Assembly (NCBI GenBank): GCA_964487195.1
Contig: CAZAPV010000002.1
Span: 1 to 37,285, forward strand
From: an uncultured Gammaproteobacteria bacterium
GTDB taxonomy: Bacteria > Patescibacteriota > Patescibacteriia > SG8-24
DNA: 37,285 bases
Direction: 5' to 3'
The stretch's first letter is position 1. Every line of letters starts with the position of its first letter. Of this stretch, positions 8,778-17,380 are shown piece after piece. The translations under genes were made by a program, and so were the position numbers. Under the pieces are notes generated by a model that worked only from the letters and a program-made list of their open reading frames with translations, was not told where the DNA came from and made no database searches.

Positions 8778-9374
8778 ATGAAAAAGTTCGCAACGCTGCT
8801 TCTCGCCCTGTTCGCGGTCGTCGGATGTACCGGCTCGCTCGAAGACGCTCGGTCCATCCGCCTCAACGCCGAGAGTGCTCAGGCATATCCGCCTGCCCAG
8901 CACCCCGAAGTGTTCACCATGATCGTCGACTTCGGTCAGCCGATCCAGAAGCTCATCGAGGCCGGTCACTACGACGTGGTCGACCTGGAGTCGAGCGGAT
9001 TGTTGGGCAAGGACAGCGGACCCGAAGGGACAATGAAGGTGGATTACGAATTGATCCACTTCGATCGACCCGTGACGACAAGAGTCGCCATAATTACGAT
9101 CGAACAACGAGGGCTTTATGCCGCCGAAACCCGCGAGCTCCTGGCGTTCGGCGCCATAAATCCGGAGTTCCAACGCAACGAGCCGGTCGTCGCTCTCGGC
9201 AATGTCGGGACCGCGCCGGACGGCCACCAGTGCGTGCCGGTGCTCGGAAGTGACGAGGGCAATACCCGGAAAGCGGGCGTCGTGTGGCTCGGTAATGAAG
9301 GCTACGAGAACTATATGTGGCCAACGGGCTCTAACTTTCTCGCCGGGACGCGCAGTGAGATCAAAAAGAACTAA
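8778..9374 (+). CDS. Predicted lipoprotein, hypothetical (paralog of 7188..7787)
   Basis: RBS AAAGGAGG lies 5 nt upstream. Signal peptide MKKFATLLLALFAVVG|C has a canonical lipobox. Shared blocks with 7188: FTMIVDFGQP / VDYELIHFDRPVTT / NPEFQRNEPVVALG / VPVLGSD. Confidence 0.75.
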   Translation: MKKFATLLLALFAVVGCTGSLEDARSIRLNAESAQAYPPAQHPEVFTMIVDFGQPIQKLIEAGHYDVVDLESSGLLGKDSGPEGTMKVDYELIHFDRPVTTRVAIITIEQRGLYAAETRELLAFGAINPEFQRNEPVVALGNVGTAPDGHQCVPVLGSDEGNTRKAGVVWLGNEGYENYMWPTGSNFLAGTRSEIKKN

Positions 9375-9415
9375 AACGCAAACCGGCCCGACGCTTGTCG
9401 GACCGGTTTTTACGT
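9372..9415. terminator. Intrinsic terminator, copy 2 of the duplicated module; bidirectional, also serves hppA
   Basis: Same CGCAAACCGGCCCGAC-GCTT-GTCGGACCGGTTTTTACGT module after the TAA stop. On the minus strand the hairpin is followed by TTGCGTTTT after the hppA stop (9426). Confidence 0.75.
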
Positions 9416-9425
9416 TGCCGGATTT

Positions 9426-11435
9426 TTACACCATCAGCGAGGCGATGAGCAGCGCGACGATGTTGAGGATCTTGATCATCGGGTTGATCGCCGGACCGGC
9501 GGTGTCCTTGTAGGGGTCGCCGACCGTGTCGCCCGTGACCGCGGCCTGGTGCGCGAACGACTTCTTGCCGCCGTAGACGCCGGACTCGATGTATTTCTTG
9601 GCGTTATCCCATGCGCCGCCGCCCGTGGTCATCGAGATCGCCATGAACAGGCCGGTGACGATCGCGCCGACGAGCATCCCGCCGAGCGCTTCGGGTCCGA
9701 GCGTGTTTTTGAGCATGAGGCCGACGACGATCGGCGCGACGACCGGGAGCAGCGCCGGCACCACCATCTCTTTGATCGCCGCCTGCGTCACGATGTCCAC
9801 GCATTTAGCGTAGTCCGGCTTGCCGGTCCCTTCCATGATCCCCGGGATCTCCTTGAATTGCCGGCGCACTTCATCCACGACTTTCATCGCCGCGCGGCCG
9901 ACCGCTTCCATGGCGATCGAAGCGAACAGATATGTGATCAGTCCGCCGAGGAACAGTCCGATCAGCACTTTGGGTTCGGACAGCGAGAACAGGAAGTCTT
10001 TTCCGAGTTTTGCAAGTTCCTGCGTGTATGCGGAGAACAGCACCACCGAGGCGAGGCCGGCCGAGCCGATCGCATAGCCTTTGGTGACCGCTTTCGTGGT
10101 GTTGCCGACCGCGTCGAGCGGGTCGGTGACCGCGCGGACGCTCTCCGGGAGGCCCGCCATTTCAGCGATCCCGCCGGCGTTGTCGGTGATCGGGCCGTAC
10201 GCGTCGATCGCGACGATCATTCCGGTGAGCGACAGCATCGCCATCGAAGCGACGGAGACGCCGTAAATCCCGGCGAGCGAGTACGCGGCGAGGATGCCGG
10301 CGCAGATCGCGAGTACCGGGAGCGCGGTCGAGCGCATGGAGACGGCGAGGCCGGCGATCACGTTCGTGCCGTGGCCGGATTGCGACGCCTCTGCGATCCC
10401 GCGCACCGGTTTGTAGCTGGTGCTCGTGTAATATTCGGTAATGACGACGATCAGCGCGGTCACCGCGATTCCGACGAGCGAGGCGAGGTAGATCCGGTTC
10501 GTGCTGTACACGCCGTTATCGGCCATCAGCCAGTTCGTCACCGGATAGAACAGCACCGCGGCGACGACGCTCGTGGCAGCGAGCCCTTTATAGAGCGCTT
10601 TCATGATGTTTTTGTCCGCGCCGAGCCGAACCGCGAACGTCCCGAGGATCGAAGCGATGATCGAGATGCCGCCGAGCGCGAGCGGGAACAGCACGGCGTT
10701 TTCATTGTCCGTGCCGAACACGAGCGAACCGAGCAGCATCGCCGCGACCGCCGTGACCGCGTACGTCTCGAACAGATCCGCAGCCATGCCGGCGCAGTCG
10801 CCGACGTTGTCGCCGACGTTGTCCGCGATCACGGCCGGGTTCCTCGGATCATCTTCCGGAATGCCGGCCTCCACTTTGCCGACGAGGTCGGCGCCGACGT
10901 CGGCCGCCTTGGTAAAGATGCCGCCACCCAACCGCGCGAACACGGAGATCAGCGAACCGCCGAAGCCGAGTCCGATCAGCGCGTCCACGTTTTTCGTTAC
11001 TGCATAAAAACCGGCGACACCGAGGAGGCCGAGGCCGACGACCATCATGCCGGTGACCGAACCGCCGCGGAACGCCACCGCGAGCGCTTCCGCCATCCCC
11101 GTTTTCGCCGCTTCGGTGGTGCGGACGTTCGCGCGCACCGACACCTGCATCCCGATGTAGCCGGCGAGGCCGGAGAGCGCGGCGCCGATCACGAAGCCGA
11201 TCGCGGTCGTGAAGTTCAGGTAATACCAGAGCAGGACGAACACCACCGCGGCGACGGTCGCGGCAGTTTTGTTCTGTCGACGAAGGTAGGCGGCCGCGCC
11301 TTCCTGGATCGCTTTGGCGATCGCCTGCATTTTTTCGTCGCCCGCGGGTTTGGCGAGCACCCAGCGGATGAGCACGGCGCCGTAGCCGATGGCGCCGAGC
11401 GACGCGAGTAAGGCGATGAGTAACGGGGTAGACAT
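9426..11435 (-). CDS. hppA: Membrane-bound proton-translocating pyrophosphatase (H+-PPase)
   Basis: 669 aa multi-TM protein. Motifs: [37 protein letters not shown], and the C-terminal [21 protein letters not shown]. Start at MSTPLLIAL (ATG 11435). The 991-aa track ORF is an artefactual upstream extension. Confidence 0.95.
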   Translation of the reverse strand: MSTPLLIALLASLGAIGYGAVLIRWVLAKPAGDEKMQAIAKAIQEGAAAYLRRQNKTAATVAAVVFVLLWYYLNFTTAIGFVIGAALSGLAGYIGMQVSVRANVRTTEAAKTGMAEALAVAFRGGSVTGMMVVGLGLLGVAGFYAVTKNVDALIGLGFGGSLISVFARLGGGIFTKAADVGADLVGKVEAGIPEDDPRNPAVIADNVGDNVGDCAGMAADLFETYAVTAVAAMLLGSLVFGTDNENAVLFPLALGGISIIASILGTFAVRLGADKNIMKALYKGLAATSVVAAVLFYPVTNWLMADNGVYSTNRIYLASLVGIAVTALIVVITEYYTSTSYKPVRGIAEASQSGHGTNVIAGLAVSMRSTALPVLAICAGILAAYSLAGIYGVSVASMAMLSLTGMIVAIDAYGPITDNAGGIAEMAGLPESVRAVTDPLDAVGNTTKAVTKGYAIGSAGLASVVLFSAYTQELAKLGKDFLFSLSEPKVLIGLFLGGLITYLFASIAMEAVGRAAMKVVDEVRRQFKEIPGIMEGTGKPDYAKCVDIVTQAAIKEMVVPALLPVVAPIVVGLMLKNTLGPEALGGMLVGAIVTGLFMAISMTTGGGAWDNAKKYIESGVYGGKKSFAHQAAVTGDTVGDPYKDTAGPAINPMIKILNIVALLIASLMV

Positions 11436-11613
11436 AATTTCCGTAAAAATAAAAAAGCGGTTTTCCGCTTCAATGGTAAGGAAAACGATGCCTGGTGTCA
11501 ACAGAGCGACGCAATGAAAATGACCATTGACACCCCCGGGCTGCGGTGGTATCTTCTCTGCATGCGTTTCGGTCTTTCGGTAGGATAAATTTTGCGAACT
11601 ACAGCAAAAATCC

Positions 11614-13005
11614 ATGCCGCGAACGGTTAAAAAAATCAGCGTCAAACTGCTCGTCTGGGCGTTTAAGGGGTTAATCGGCTTGAAGAAGTGCTTAACCCTT
11701 TTGCTTTTCTTGGTGCGCAAGCCGCTTTTTTGGCTGTATAGAGGCGTTTTGCATCCGCTGCTGACGCTCGGGTACCAACTGTACCGTCTTTTGAAGAAGA
11801 AGCTCGACGCGGTGTACGTGCCGGTCAAAAATAAGGCGGTCGGGCTGCTCGCGAACAAGTACGCGATCCACGTCGTCGTGATCGTGCTGACGTTCCTCGT
11901 CACCGCAACCAATATTTCGGCGAGCGGGGCCGCGCCGCAAGTGAACGACGTCGCGCCGAAGAGCGTGCTCGCCACGATCACCGATCCCTCACAGGATATG
12001 GTGGTGGTCGAAGAGACGCAGGCGACGGGGGGCGCCGTGAACGAGCCGTCCTCGCTCGCCGCGCAGGCGGTGACCGCGCAGGATTCGTCGGGTAGCGACG
12101 ACGGCACCGACGAGGTGTATGACGACTCCGCGGACGCGGCGATGCTCTCGCCGATCGGGAACGCCGTCCGCGTGCAGCCGCAGTCGAACGGGAGCAACGC
12201 CCCGACGACGCGCACGCACGTCGAGCAGTACGTCGTGCAGAACGGCGATACGATCGGGACGATCGCGCAGAAATTCGGACTGAGCGTCGCCACCGTCCTG
12301 AACGCGAACAAACTGACCTCCAGGAGCGTCATCCGTCCGGGCGACAAGTTCCGGATTCTTCCGGTCGACGGGATCATGTACACGACGCATCGCGGCGACA
12401 CGCTGTCGAAGATTGCGAACCTGTATCACACCGACGTCGACAAGATCGTCTCCGCGAACAGCCTCGCGGACAATTCGTCGCTCACGAGCGGGATGGAACT
12501 CGTGCTTCCCGGCGCGAGGCCGCTCCCGCCCCCGCCGCCCGCCGTCCGCCCAGCGCCGGCGAACATCGCGTCGAACCTTCGCGACATCATCAATCCGCAG
12601 CCGCCCGCCGACCGCGTCGGCACGAGTCAGTTCCTCTGGCCCACGGCGGTGCACCGGATCACGCAGTACTTCCACCAATATTTCCACGGCCGCATCCACA
12701 CCGGGGTCGACATCGCCGGTCCGCGCGGCACGTCGATTTACGCGGCCGATGACGGCGTCGTGATCGCGTCGGGCTGGAACACCGGCGGCTACGGCAACAT
12801 GATCATCATTGACCATGGCGGCGGCCTGTACACGCGGTACGGCCACGCGAGCAAACTGCTCGTCACCGCAGGGCAGACCGTGCAGCGTGGCGACGTGATC
12901 GCGCTCATGGGCTCGACCGGCCGCTCCACCGGCCCGCACCTCCACTTCGAGGTGATGACCGGTGAAATCCATCACCGCGTCAACCCGCTCGACTACATCC
13001 GCTGA
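11614..13005 (+). CDS. Membrane-anchored LysM-LysM-M23 peptidoglycan metallopeptidase
   Basis: N-terminal TM segment, two LysM repeats ([20 protein letters not shown]..; [20 protein letters not shown]..), and the M23 signature [12 protein letters not shown]...GNMIIIDHG...[15 protein letters not shown]. The preceding promoter is TTGACA-17-TATCTT. Confidence 0.9.
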   Translation: MPRTVKKISVKLLVWAFKGLIGLKKCLTLLLFLVRKPLFWLYRGVLHPLLTLGYQLYRLLKKKLDAVYVPVKNKAVGLLANKYAIHVVVIVLTFLVTATNISASGAAPQVNDVAPKSVLATITDPSQDMVVVEETQATGGAVNEPSSLAAQAVTAQDSSGSDDGTDEVYDDSADAAMLSPIGNAVRVQPQSNGSNAPTTRTHVEQYVVQNGDTIGTIAQKFGLSVATVLNANKLTSRSVIRPGDKFRILPVDGIMYTTHRGDTLSKIANLYHTDVDKIVSANSLADNSSLTSGMELVLPGARPLPPPPPAVRPAPANIASNLRDIINPQPPADRVGTSQFLWPTAVHRITQYFHQYFHGRIHTGVDIAGPRGTSIYAADDGVVIASGWNTGGYGNMIIIDHGGGLYTRYGHASKLLVTAGQTVQRGDVIALMGSTGRSTGPHLHFEVMTGEIHHRVNPLDYIR

Positions 13006-14529
13006 TCACGCCGGGCGGCGTTCGCGGAAGTGGAGCGCTTCGGTGAGATGAGTCGTTTCGATCGCGTCCGCGGCGTCGAGATCCGCGATCGTGCGCGCGA
13101 CGCGGATGACGCGCGTGATCGCGCGCGCGGAAAGTTTCAACCGTCCTGCGGCGCCGCGCAGGATTTTTTCGACGTCCGGCGCGAGCGGGCATAGCCGTTT
13201 GAGCAGCGCGTGGCCCATCTCCGCGTTCGTGAGGATGCCGTGCTCCGCGAGCCGCGCGCGCTCGCGGTCGCGCGCCGCCTGCACGCGGGCGCGTATGCGC
13301 GCCGACGGTTCCGCAGGAGCGCCGGCGAAGAACTCATCAACCTTGATTTTCGGAACGTCGAGATATAAGTCGATCCGGTCGAGCAGCGGACCGGAGAGCC
13401 GCTTGGCGTACCGGCTCGCCTGCGCTGCCGAACAGCGGCAGACCGCGTCGGGATCGGTCGCGAATCCGCACGGACACGGATTTTGCGCCGCGACGAGCAT
13501 GAATTTCGCGGGGAACCGGAGACTGCCGTTCGCGCGCGAGATCGTCACGCTCCCGTCCTCGAGCGGCTGGCGCAGATTTTCGAGTACCTGCCGCGGGAAC
13601 TCCGGAAACTCGTCCAGGAACAGCACGCCGCGGTGCGCGAGGCTCACTTCGCCGGGCGCGGGCCAGCTCCCGCCGCCGATCAGCGCGACGCCGGATGCGG
13701 TGTGGTGCGGCGAACGGAACGGCCGTTCGGTGATGACGCGGAGATTCGCGGAGGTGAGTCCGGCGACGCTATAAATTTTCGTCACTTCGAGCGTCTCGTC
13801 TCTCGTCATCGCGGGAAGGATCGTCGGCATCGCGCGGGCGAGCAGCGTTTTTCCGGACCCCGGCGGTCCGGAGAGCAGCACGTTGTGACCGCCGGCCGCG
13901 GCGATTTCGAGCGCGCGTTTCGCCTGGAACTGGCCGGCGATCGATGCGAAGTCGAACTCCGCGCGCGGCGCCGTTGCCTCGGGGAGCGCGGCGGGCGGCA
14001 TCGGCGAGATCGTCGGTTCCTGCGTCAGATGGCGGACGAGCTCGAGCAGATTGCGCACCGGAAAAACGGAAACGCCGGAGGCGAATGACGATTCTCCGGC
14101 GTTGTCGAGCGGCACGTACAATTCGTCGATCTTCTCGCTCGCGGCCATAAGCGCGACCGGGAGCGCGCCCGCGACCGGACGGAGCGTTCCGTCGAGCGCG
14201 AGCTCTCCGAGGAACAGACGCGTCGGTCCGCCGTCCGGACACGGCAGCGCGCCGCACGCGTCGAGGATGGCAATCGCGATCGGCAGATCGTATGCCGGCC
14301 CCGCCTTTTTTATGTCCGCGGGCGCGAGGTTCACCGTGAGCCGCGTGCGCGGAAACGGCAGCCCGCTGTTCTTGAGCGCGGTGCGGACGCGCTCCCGCGA
14401 CTCCTGTACCGCGATGTCCGGAAGCCCGACGATTTTAAACTGCGGCAGCCCCTGCGCGATGTCCGCCTCAACTTCGATCGGCACCGCATCAAGCCCGACC
14501 ACCGCCGCGGAACGTATTTTCGACGCCAT
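13006..14529 (-). CDS. comM: Mg-chelatase-like AAA+ ATPase YifB/ComM
   Basis: N-terminal Lon-protease-like domain (VDAVPIEVEADIAQGLPQFKIVGLPD), Walker A LSGPPGSGKT, VLFLDEFPEF, and a C-terminal ChlI-like helical domain. Start at MASKIRSAAVVG (ATG 14529). Confidence 0.9.
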   Translation of the reverse strand: MASKIRSAAVVGLDAVPIEVEADIAQGLPQFKIVGLPDIAVQESRERVRTALKNSGLPFPRTRLTVNLAPADIKKAGPAYDLPIAIAILDACGALPCPDGGPTRLFLGELALDGTLRPVAGALPVALMAASEKIDELYVPLDNAGESSFASGVSVFPVRNLLELVRHLTQEPTISPMPPAALPEATAPRAEFDFASIAGQFQAKRALEIAAAGGHNVLLSGPPGSGKTLLARAMPTILPAMTRDETLEVTKIYSVAGLTSANLRVITERPFRSPHHTASGVALIGGGSWPAPGEVSLAHRGVLFLDEFPEFPRQVLENLRQPLEDGSVTISRANGSLRFPAKFMLVAAQNPCPCGFATDPDAVCRCSAAQASRYAKRLSGPLLDRIDLYLDVPKIKVDEFFAGAPAEPSARIRARVQAARDRERARLAEHGILTNAEMGHALLKRLCPLAPDVEKILRGAAGRLKLSARAITRVIRVARTIADLDAADAIETTHLTEALHFRERRPA

Positions 14530-14595
14530 ACAAAGAATGGAAAATGAAGTAAGCGCCCGCTTCTTAGCAGCGCGCTGGATTCCGCGCAAGTGCAC

Positions 14596-14622
14596 AAAAG
14601 AAAAACCACCCAAGATGGGTGG
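14596..14622 (-). terminator. Intrinsic terminator of the SPFH gene
   Basis: Minus strand: CCACCC-ATCT-TGGGTGG followed by TTTTTCTTTT. Confidence 0.7.
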
Positions 14623-14630
14623 TGAGTGGG

Positions 14631-15608
14631 TCAGGCGGACCCCTCGACGGACGAGGCGGCGGAATGGCCGTTGCTCGATGCCGGATGGGTGGCCTGGTTT
14701 GCCGACATGACGGCGGTGCTGATCTGCTGCATCAGATCGGTCAGGCCGCCCGGCGAATGCGGCAGGAAGATGGTGTTCGACTTCCCGTTCGCGCCGATCT
14801 CCTTGAGCGTGTCGAGGTACTGGGTCATGAGCACCAGCTTCATGACGTCGTCGGCGCTCGCGCCGTGGACCGCCTTTTGGAACACCTCGACCGACTGCTG
14901 CAGGCCATCGATGATCGCCTTTCGTTGGTTGGCGATACCTTCGCCCTGGAGCTTTTTGCTTTGGGATTCGCCTTCGGCCTTCTTGACCGCGAGGATCCGT
15001 TCGGCCTCGCCGCGTTCGTTCGCGGCGACGCGCTCGCGCTGCGCGGCGTTGATGTCGTTCATCGCCGACTTCACCTTTTCGTCCGGGTCGATCTCGGTGA
15101 CGAGCGTTCCCTGGATGCCGTAGCCGAAGTCGGCCATGGATTGCGTCAGGTTGTCCTTGACGGTGCCGGCGATGGCGTCCTTGTTCTCGAACACGTGATC
15201 GAGATCCATCTTCGGCACCTGCCCGCGAACGATGTCGAGCACGTGCGATTCGATCTGGGCTTGCGGTTTCGAAAGCTTGTAGAACGCCGCCTGAAGCTGG
15301 GCTTCGAGGACGTAGTACTGGACGGCGACGTGCACTTTCACGAAGACATTGTCCTTCGTTTTGGTTTCGACCTCGACCGTCATCTGCTGGACGCGGAGAT
15401 CGAGGATCTGCGCGACGGATTCGATGAACGGCTTTTTCCAGTTCAACCCGGTCGAAGCGACGCGGACGAACTTGCCGAACCGTTCGATCGCCGCGGCGGT
15501 TTGCTGCTGTACCGTGAAGAACGAACCGAACACGGCGATGATGGCGACGATCCCAACGATGGCGAGCACTCCGTACATCGCTATCGTTCCAATCGAAATT
15601 TGGTCCAT
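14631..15608 (-). CDS. SPFH/band-7 (stomatin/prohibitin-like) membrane protein
   Basis: N-terminal TM, then ERFGKF......GLNWK.PFI..V...DLRVQQ and a coiled-coil region EAERILAVKKAEGESQSKKLQGEG, typical of SPFH proteins. No NfeD partner lies adjacent. Confidence 0.9.
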   Translation of the reverse strand: MDQISIGTIAMYGVLAIVGIVAIIAVFGSFFTVQQQTAAAIERFGKFVRVASTGLNWKKPFIESVAQILDLRVQQMTVEVETKTKDNVFVKVHVAVQYYVLEAQLQAAFYKLSKPQAQIESHVLDIVRGQVPKMDLDHVFENKDAIAGTVKDNLTQSMADFGYGIQGTLVTEIDPDEKVKSAMNDINAAQRERVAANERGEAERILAVKKAEGESQSKKLQGEGIANQRKAIIDGLQQSVEVFQKAVHGASADDVMKLVLMTQYLDTLKEIGANGKSNTIFLPHSPGGLTDLMQQISTAVMSANQATHPASSNGHSAASSVEGSA

Positions 15609-15714
15609 GGGCTACCTCTTTTGTTGAAATGACCTCACCGCGCTTCCCACGGCCGGAACCGGGCGACCTCGCCTGGCGACGCCAGCGTATTCCAGAAGAA
15701 AGAAAATGTCAAGA

Positions 15715-15743
15715 TTGACCGCACCGCGCCGGTTTGGTACGGT
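15715..15743 (+). promoter_or_regulatory. Sigma70-like promoter for the zinc-finger ORF pair
   Basis: TTGACC (15715-15720), 17 bp spacer, TACGGT (15738-15743). Confidence 0.45.
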
Positions 15744-15776
15744 CAGAAAAACCCGTTCATTGAAAGGAGCGCGGAA

Positions 15777-15974
15777 ATGAAAAATGACGGTTTTGGTGAC
15801 GAGTGCGCCTGCGCCTGTCATCACAGTCTCGGGCACATGGCGCATGTCGGACCGTGTTGCTCGGTGTGCCCGCATTGCCGGAAGCGTATCGCGTTGCTCG
15901 CGGCGGAACGACACGCCAAGACGTGCCCTGCCAAGCCAAAGCTTGTGGAGGGAGACGACCATGATGATGGATAG
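15777..15974 (+). CDS. Small Cys/His-rich protein with a C2HC zinc finger (CxxC-x11-H-x3-C)
   Basis: RBS AAGGAG lies 7 nt upstream of the ATG. 65 aa: ..ECACACHHSLGHMAHVGPCCSVCPHCRKRIALLAAERHAKTC.. with an acidic tail. Confidence 0.6.
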   Translation: MKNDGFGDECACACHHSLGHMAHVGPCCSVCPHCRKRIALLAAERHAKTCPAKPKLVEGDDHDDG

Positions 15975-16128
15975 CGACGGCCGTTCCTGCGAGGACGCCG
16001 TTCCGATGGACTCGAGCTGCGAAATCTCACCGCGCTCGCTGTTCTGCATGCACTGCGGCAACGAGGTCCCGTTCTACGAATACCAGGTGCACGCCGCGCG
16101 TTGCGCTCTCAATCTTCCCCAGCAATAA
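15961..16128 (+). CDS. Second small C2HC zinc-finger protein, translationally coupled to 15777..15974
   Basis: RBS GGAGGGAG lies 5 nt upstream of ATG 15961 and overlaps the upstream ORF by 14 nt. 55 aa with CMHCGNEVPFYEYQVHAARC, the same CxxC-x11-H-x3-C spacing. The track ORF start 15784 is an out-of-context extension. Confidence 0.5.
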   Translation: MMMDSDGRSCEDAVPMDSSCEISPRSLFCMHCGNEVPFYEYQVHAARCALNLPQQ

Positions 16129-16149
16129 GCCCCACCCTCGGGGCTTTTT
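16129..16149 (+). terminator. Intrinsic terminator after the zinc-finger ORFs
   Basis: GCCCC-ACCCTC-GGGGC followed by TTTTT, immediately after the TAA stop. Confidence 0.7.
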
Positions 16150-16156
16150 ACGTAAA

Positions 16157-16195
16157 TTATCCCCACTATGGGGACTGTCCCCAAATTGGGGATAA
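16157..16195. repeat. 39-bp compound palindrome of DnaA-box-like units, copy A
   Basis: TTATCCCCA-CTA-TGGGGAC-TG-TCCCCA-AAT-TGGGGATAA. It matches copy B (24144-24182) at 34 of 39 positions by my count. It lies between two convergent terminators. Confidence 0.8.
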
Positions 16196-16219
16196 AAAAA
16201 TCCCGACATGCAGTCGGGA
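16194..16219 (-). terminator. Intrinsic terminator of the dksA-lspA-small membrane protein operon
   Basis: Minus strand: TCCCGAC-TGCAT-GTCGGGA followed by TTTTTTT, directly after the stop at 16220. Confidence 0.7.
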
Positions 16220-16444
16220 TTAAAGCAGATATCCGCATAGACGGGCGGCGTAGAGGAGCATGGCGACGCCGGTGGCGAACGAACCCATTTCATTCACCCA
16301 CAGGACGCCGATCAGGAACCAGTTCCTCCGTTTGTCCGAGAGGAAGTCGGCCCCGATCTTCTTGAGCACCAGCGCGCCGGCGAACGGAATCAGGGCCGCG
16401 AACGCGGTCTCCATACCGAGCACAGTACACGTTATTTCCGGCAT
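16220..16444 (-). CDS. Small hypothetical membrane protein (two hydrophobic segments)
   Basis: RBS AAGGAGG lies upstream of ATG 16444. 74 aa with two predicted TM helices. Co-directional with lspA and downstream of it. Confidence 0.55.
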   Translation of the reverse strand: MPEITCTVLGMETAFAALIPFAGALVLKKIGADFLSDKRRNWFLIGVLWVNEMGSFATGVAMLLYAARLCGYLL

Positions 16445-16486
16445 TCGATCGCCTCCTTGTTTGGCAAAGAACCGATGTTCGTCTTA

Positions 16487-16927
16487 TCACGCCGCCGCGG
16501 ACGTGTCAACGTGCCGCCCGAGCAGCAACAAGAGCAGACCCCCGACGATCATCCCGTCCGCGATGTTCACCGCCGAGCGGCCGAAGAAGATCAGATAGTC
16601 GATCGTCGCGCCGTAGAGCGCGCGATCGAGCAGATTCGACGCCGCGCCGAGCAGGATAGCGAACACCACCGCCGCGCGCCGCGGCCTTTCGCGCACCGAC
16701 GCGACGAAGTACGCGACAAGCAGCAGGAACGTCGCGGACGCCACTGGCCAGAAAATCGCATCGTGGAGCGGAATACTGAACGCGATCCCGGTGTTGCGGA
16801 ACAACGCGAACTGCACCAGGGCCGGTGTCGGCGCGCCGAGCGACAGCGCGTAATTTTTCAGCAGCCGATCCGCGGCAAACAAAATCACCGCAGCAGCATA
16901 GCCGAGCCACGGTGTTTTTCCTCGCAT
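16487..16927 (-). CDS. lspA: Lipoprotein signal peptidase (signal peptidase II)
   Basis: 146 aa, four TM segments. Motifs: NTGIAFS, GAASNLLDR...G.TIDYL and NIADG. Confidence 0.9.
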   Translation of the reverse strand: MRGKTPWLGYAAAVILFAADRLLKNYALSLGAPTPALVQFALFRNTGIAFSIPLHDAIFWPVASATFLLLVAYFVASVRERPRRAAVVFAILLGAASNLLDRALYGATIDYLIFFGRSAVNIADGMIVGGLLLLLLGRHVDTSAAA

Positions 16928-16934
16928 ACGCCGC

Positions 16935-17306
16935 TTAGAATTCCTGCGTGAACGATTTTTTGCACTCGATGCACGAACTGGACGACGGCCGGGCGCGCAA
17001 CCGTTTTTCGTCGATCTCCTTGTTGCAGTATTTGCACGTGCCGTAGGTGCCCTTCCCGATTCTCTCGAGCGCCTTCTCGACGTCCCGGAGCGACGCCTCG
17101 AGCGTCCGCTCGAGCGTCAGGTTCGTGCTGAACGCGTCCACCTCTTCGGCATTCTCGTCTTCCTTATCGCCCATGTTCGGAAATTTCGCGTCGTAGTCGT
17201 CAAGATTTTTCGGGTTCTGTTTGGCGAACTCTTCCAGCTCCTCCTTGAGCCGTTTTTCTTCAGTGCGGAGCTGATCCTCCATCTCTTTGACGAATTCCTG
17301 TCTCAT
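16935..17306 (-). CDS. DksA/TraR-family C4 zinc-finger protein
   Basis: Coiled-coil N-terminal part and a C-terminal CKYCNKEIDEKRLRARPSSSSCIECK (CxxC-x17-CxxC). Start at MRQEFVKEME (ATG 17306). The track start 17414 extends into non-coding DNA. Confidence 0.8.
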   Translation of the reverse strand: MRQEFVKEMEDQLRTEEKRLKEELEEFAKQNPKNLDDYDAKFPNMGDKEDENAEEVDAFSTNLTLERTLEASLRDVEKALERIGKGTYGTCKYCNKEIDEKRLRARPSSSSCIECKKSFTQEF

Positions 17307-17344
17307 AAAAATAAGGTCGCCGGGACCAGTGTGATTACGTGAAT

Positions 17345-17373
17345 ACTGTACCGATTGAGCGCAAAGATGGCAA
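17345..17373 (-). promoter_or_regulatory. Sigma70-like promoter for the dksA-like/lspA operon
   Basis: Minus strand: TTGCCA (17373-17368), 17 bp spacer, TACAGT (17350-17345). It lies just downstream of the terminator U-tract of the upstream RNA candidate. Confidence 0.4.
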
Positions 17374-17380
17374 ATCCTGG

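Noticed and set aside
8622-9415. Two nearly identical roughly 40-bp repeats about 750 bp apart, as a possible CRISPR-like or MITE feature.
   Set aside because: There are only two copies. Each is a canonical hairpin-plus-T-tract terminator placed directly after a stop codon. They are separated by a complete gene, not by spacer-sized unique sequence.
9426-12401. 991-aa ORF suggesting a giant fusion protein ending in the pyrophosphatase.
   Set aside because: The N-terminal roughly 320 codons are antisense to the LysM-M23 gene and cross the divergent promoter region. The H+-PPase begins at MSTPLLIAL (ATG 11435), giving a normal length of 669 aa.
13000-13011. Convergent LysM-M23 and comM genes abut with zero spacer (TGATCA), and the cupin and GT2 genes overlap by 26 nt (26828-26853).
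   Set aside because: Tight convergent packing is common in compact genomes. I found no hairpin or other signal suggesting anything beyond compaction.
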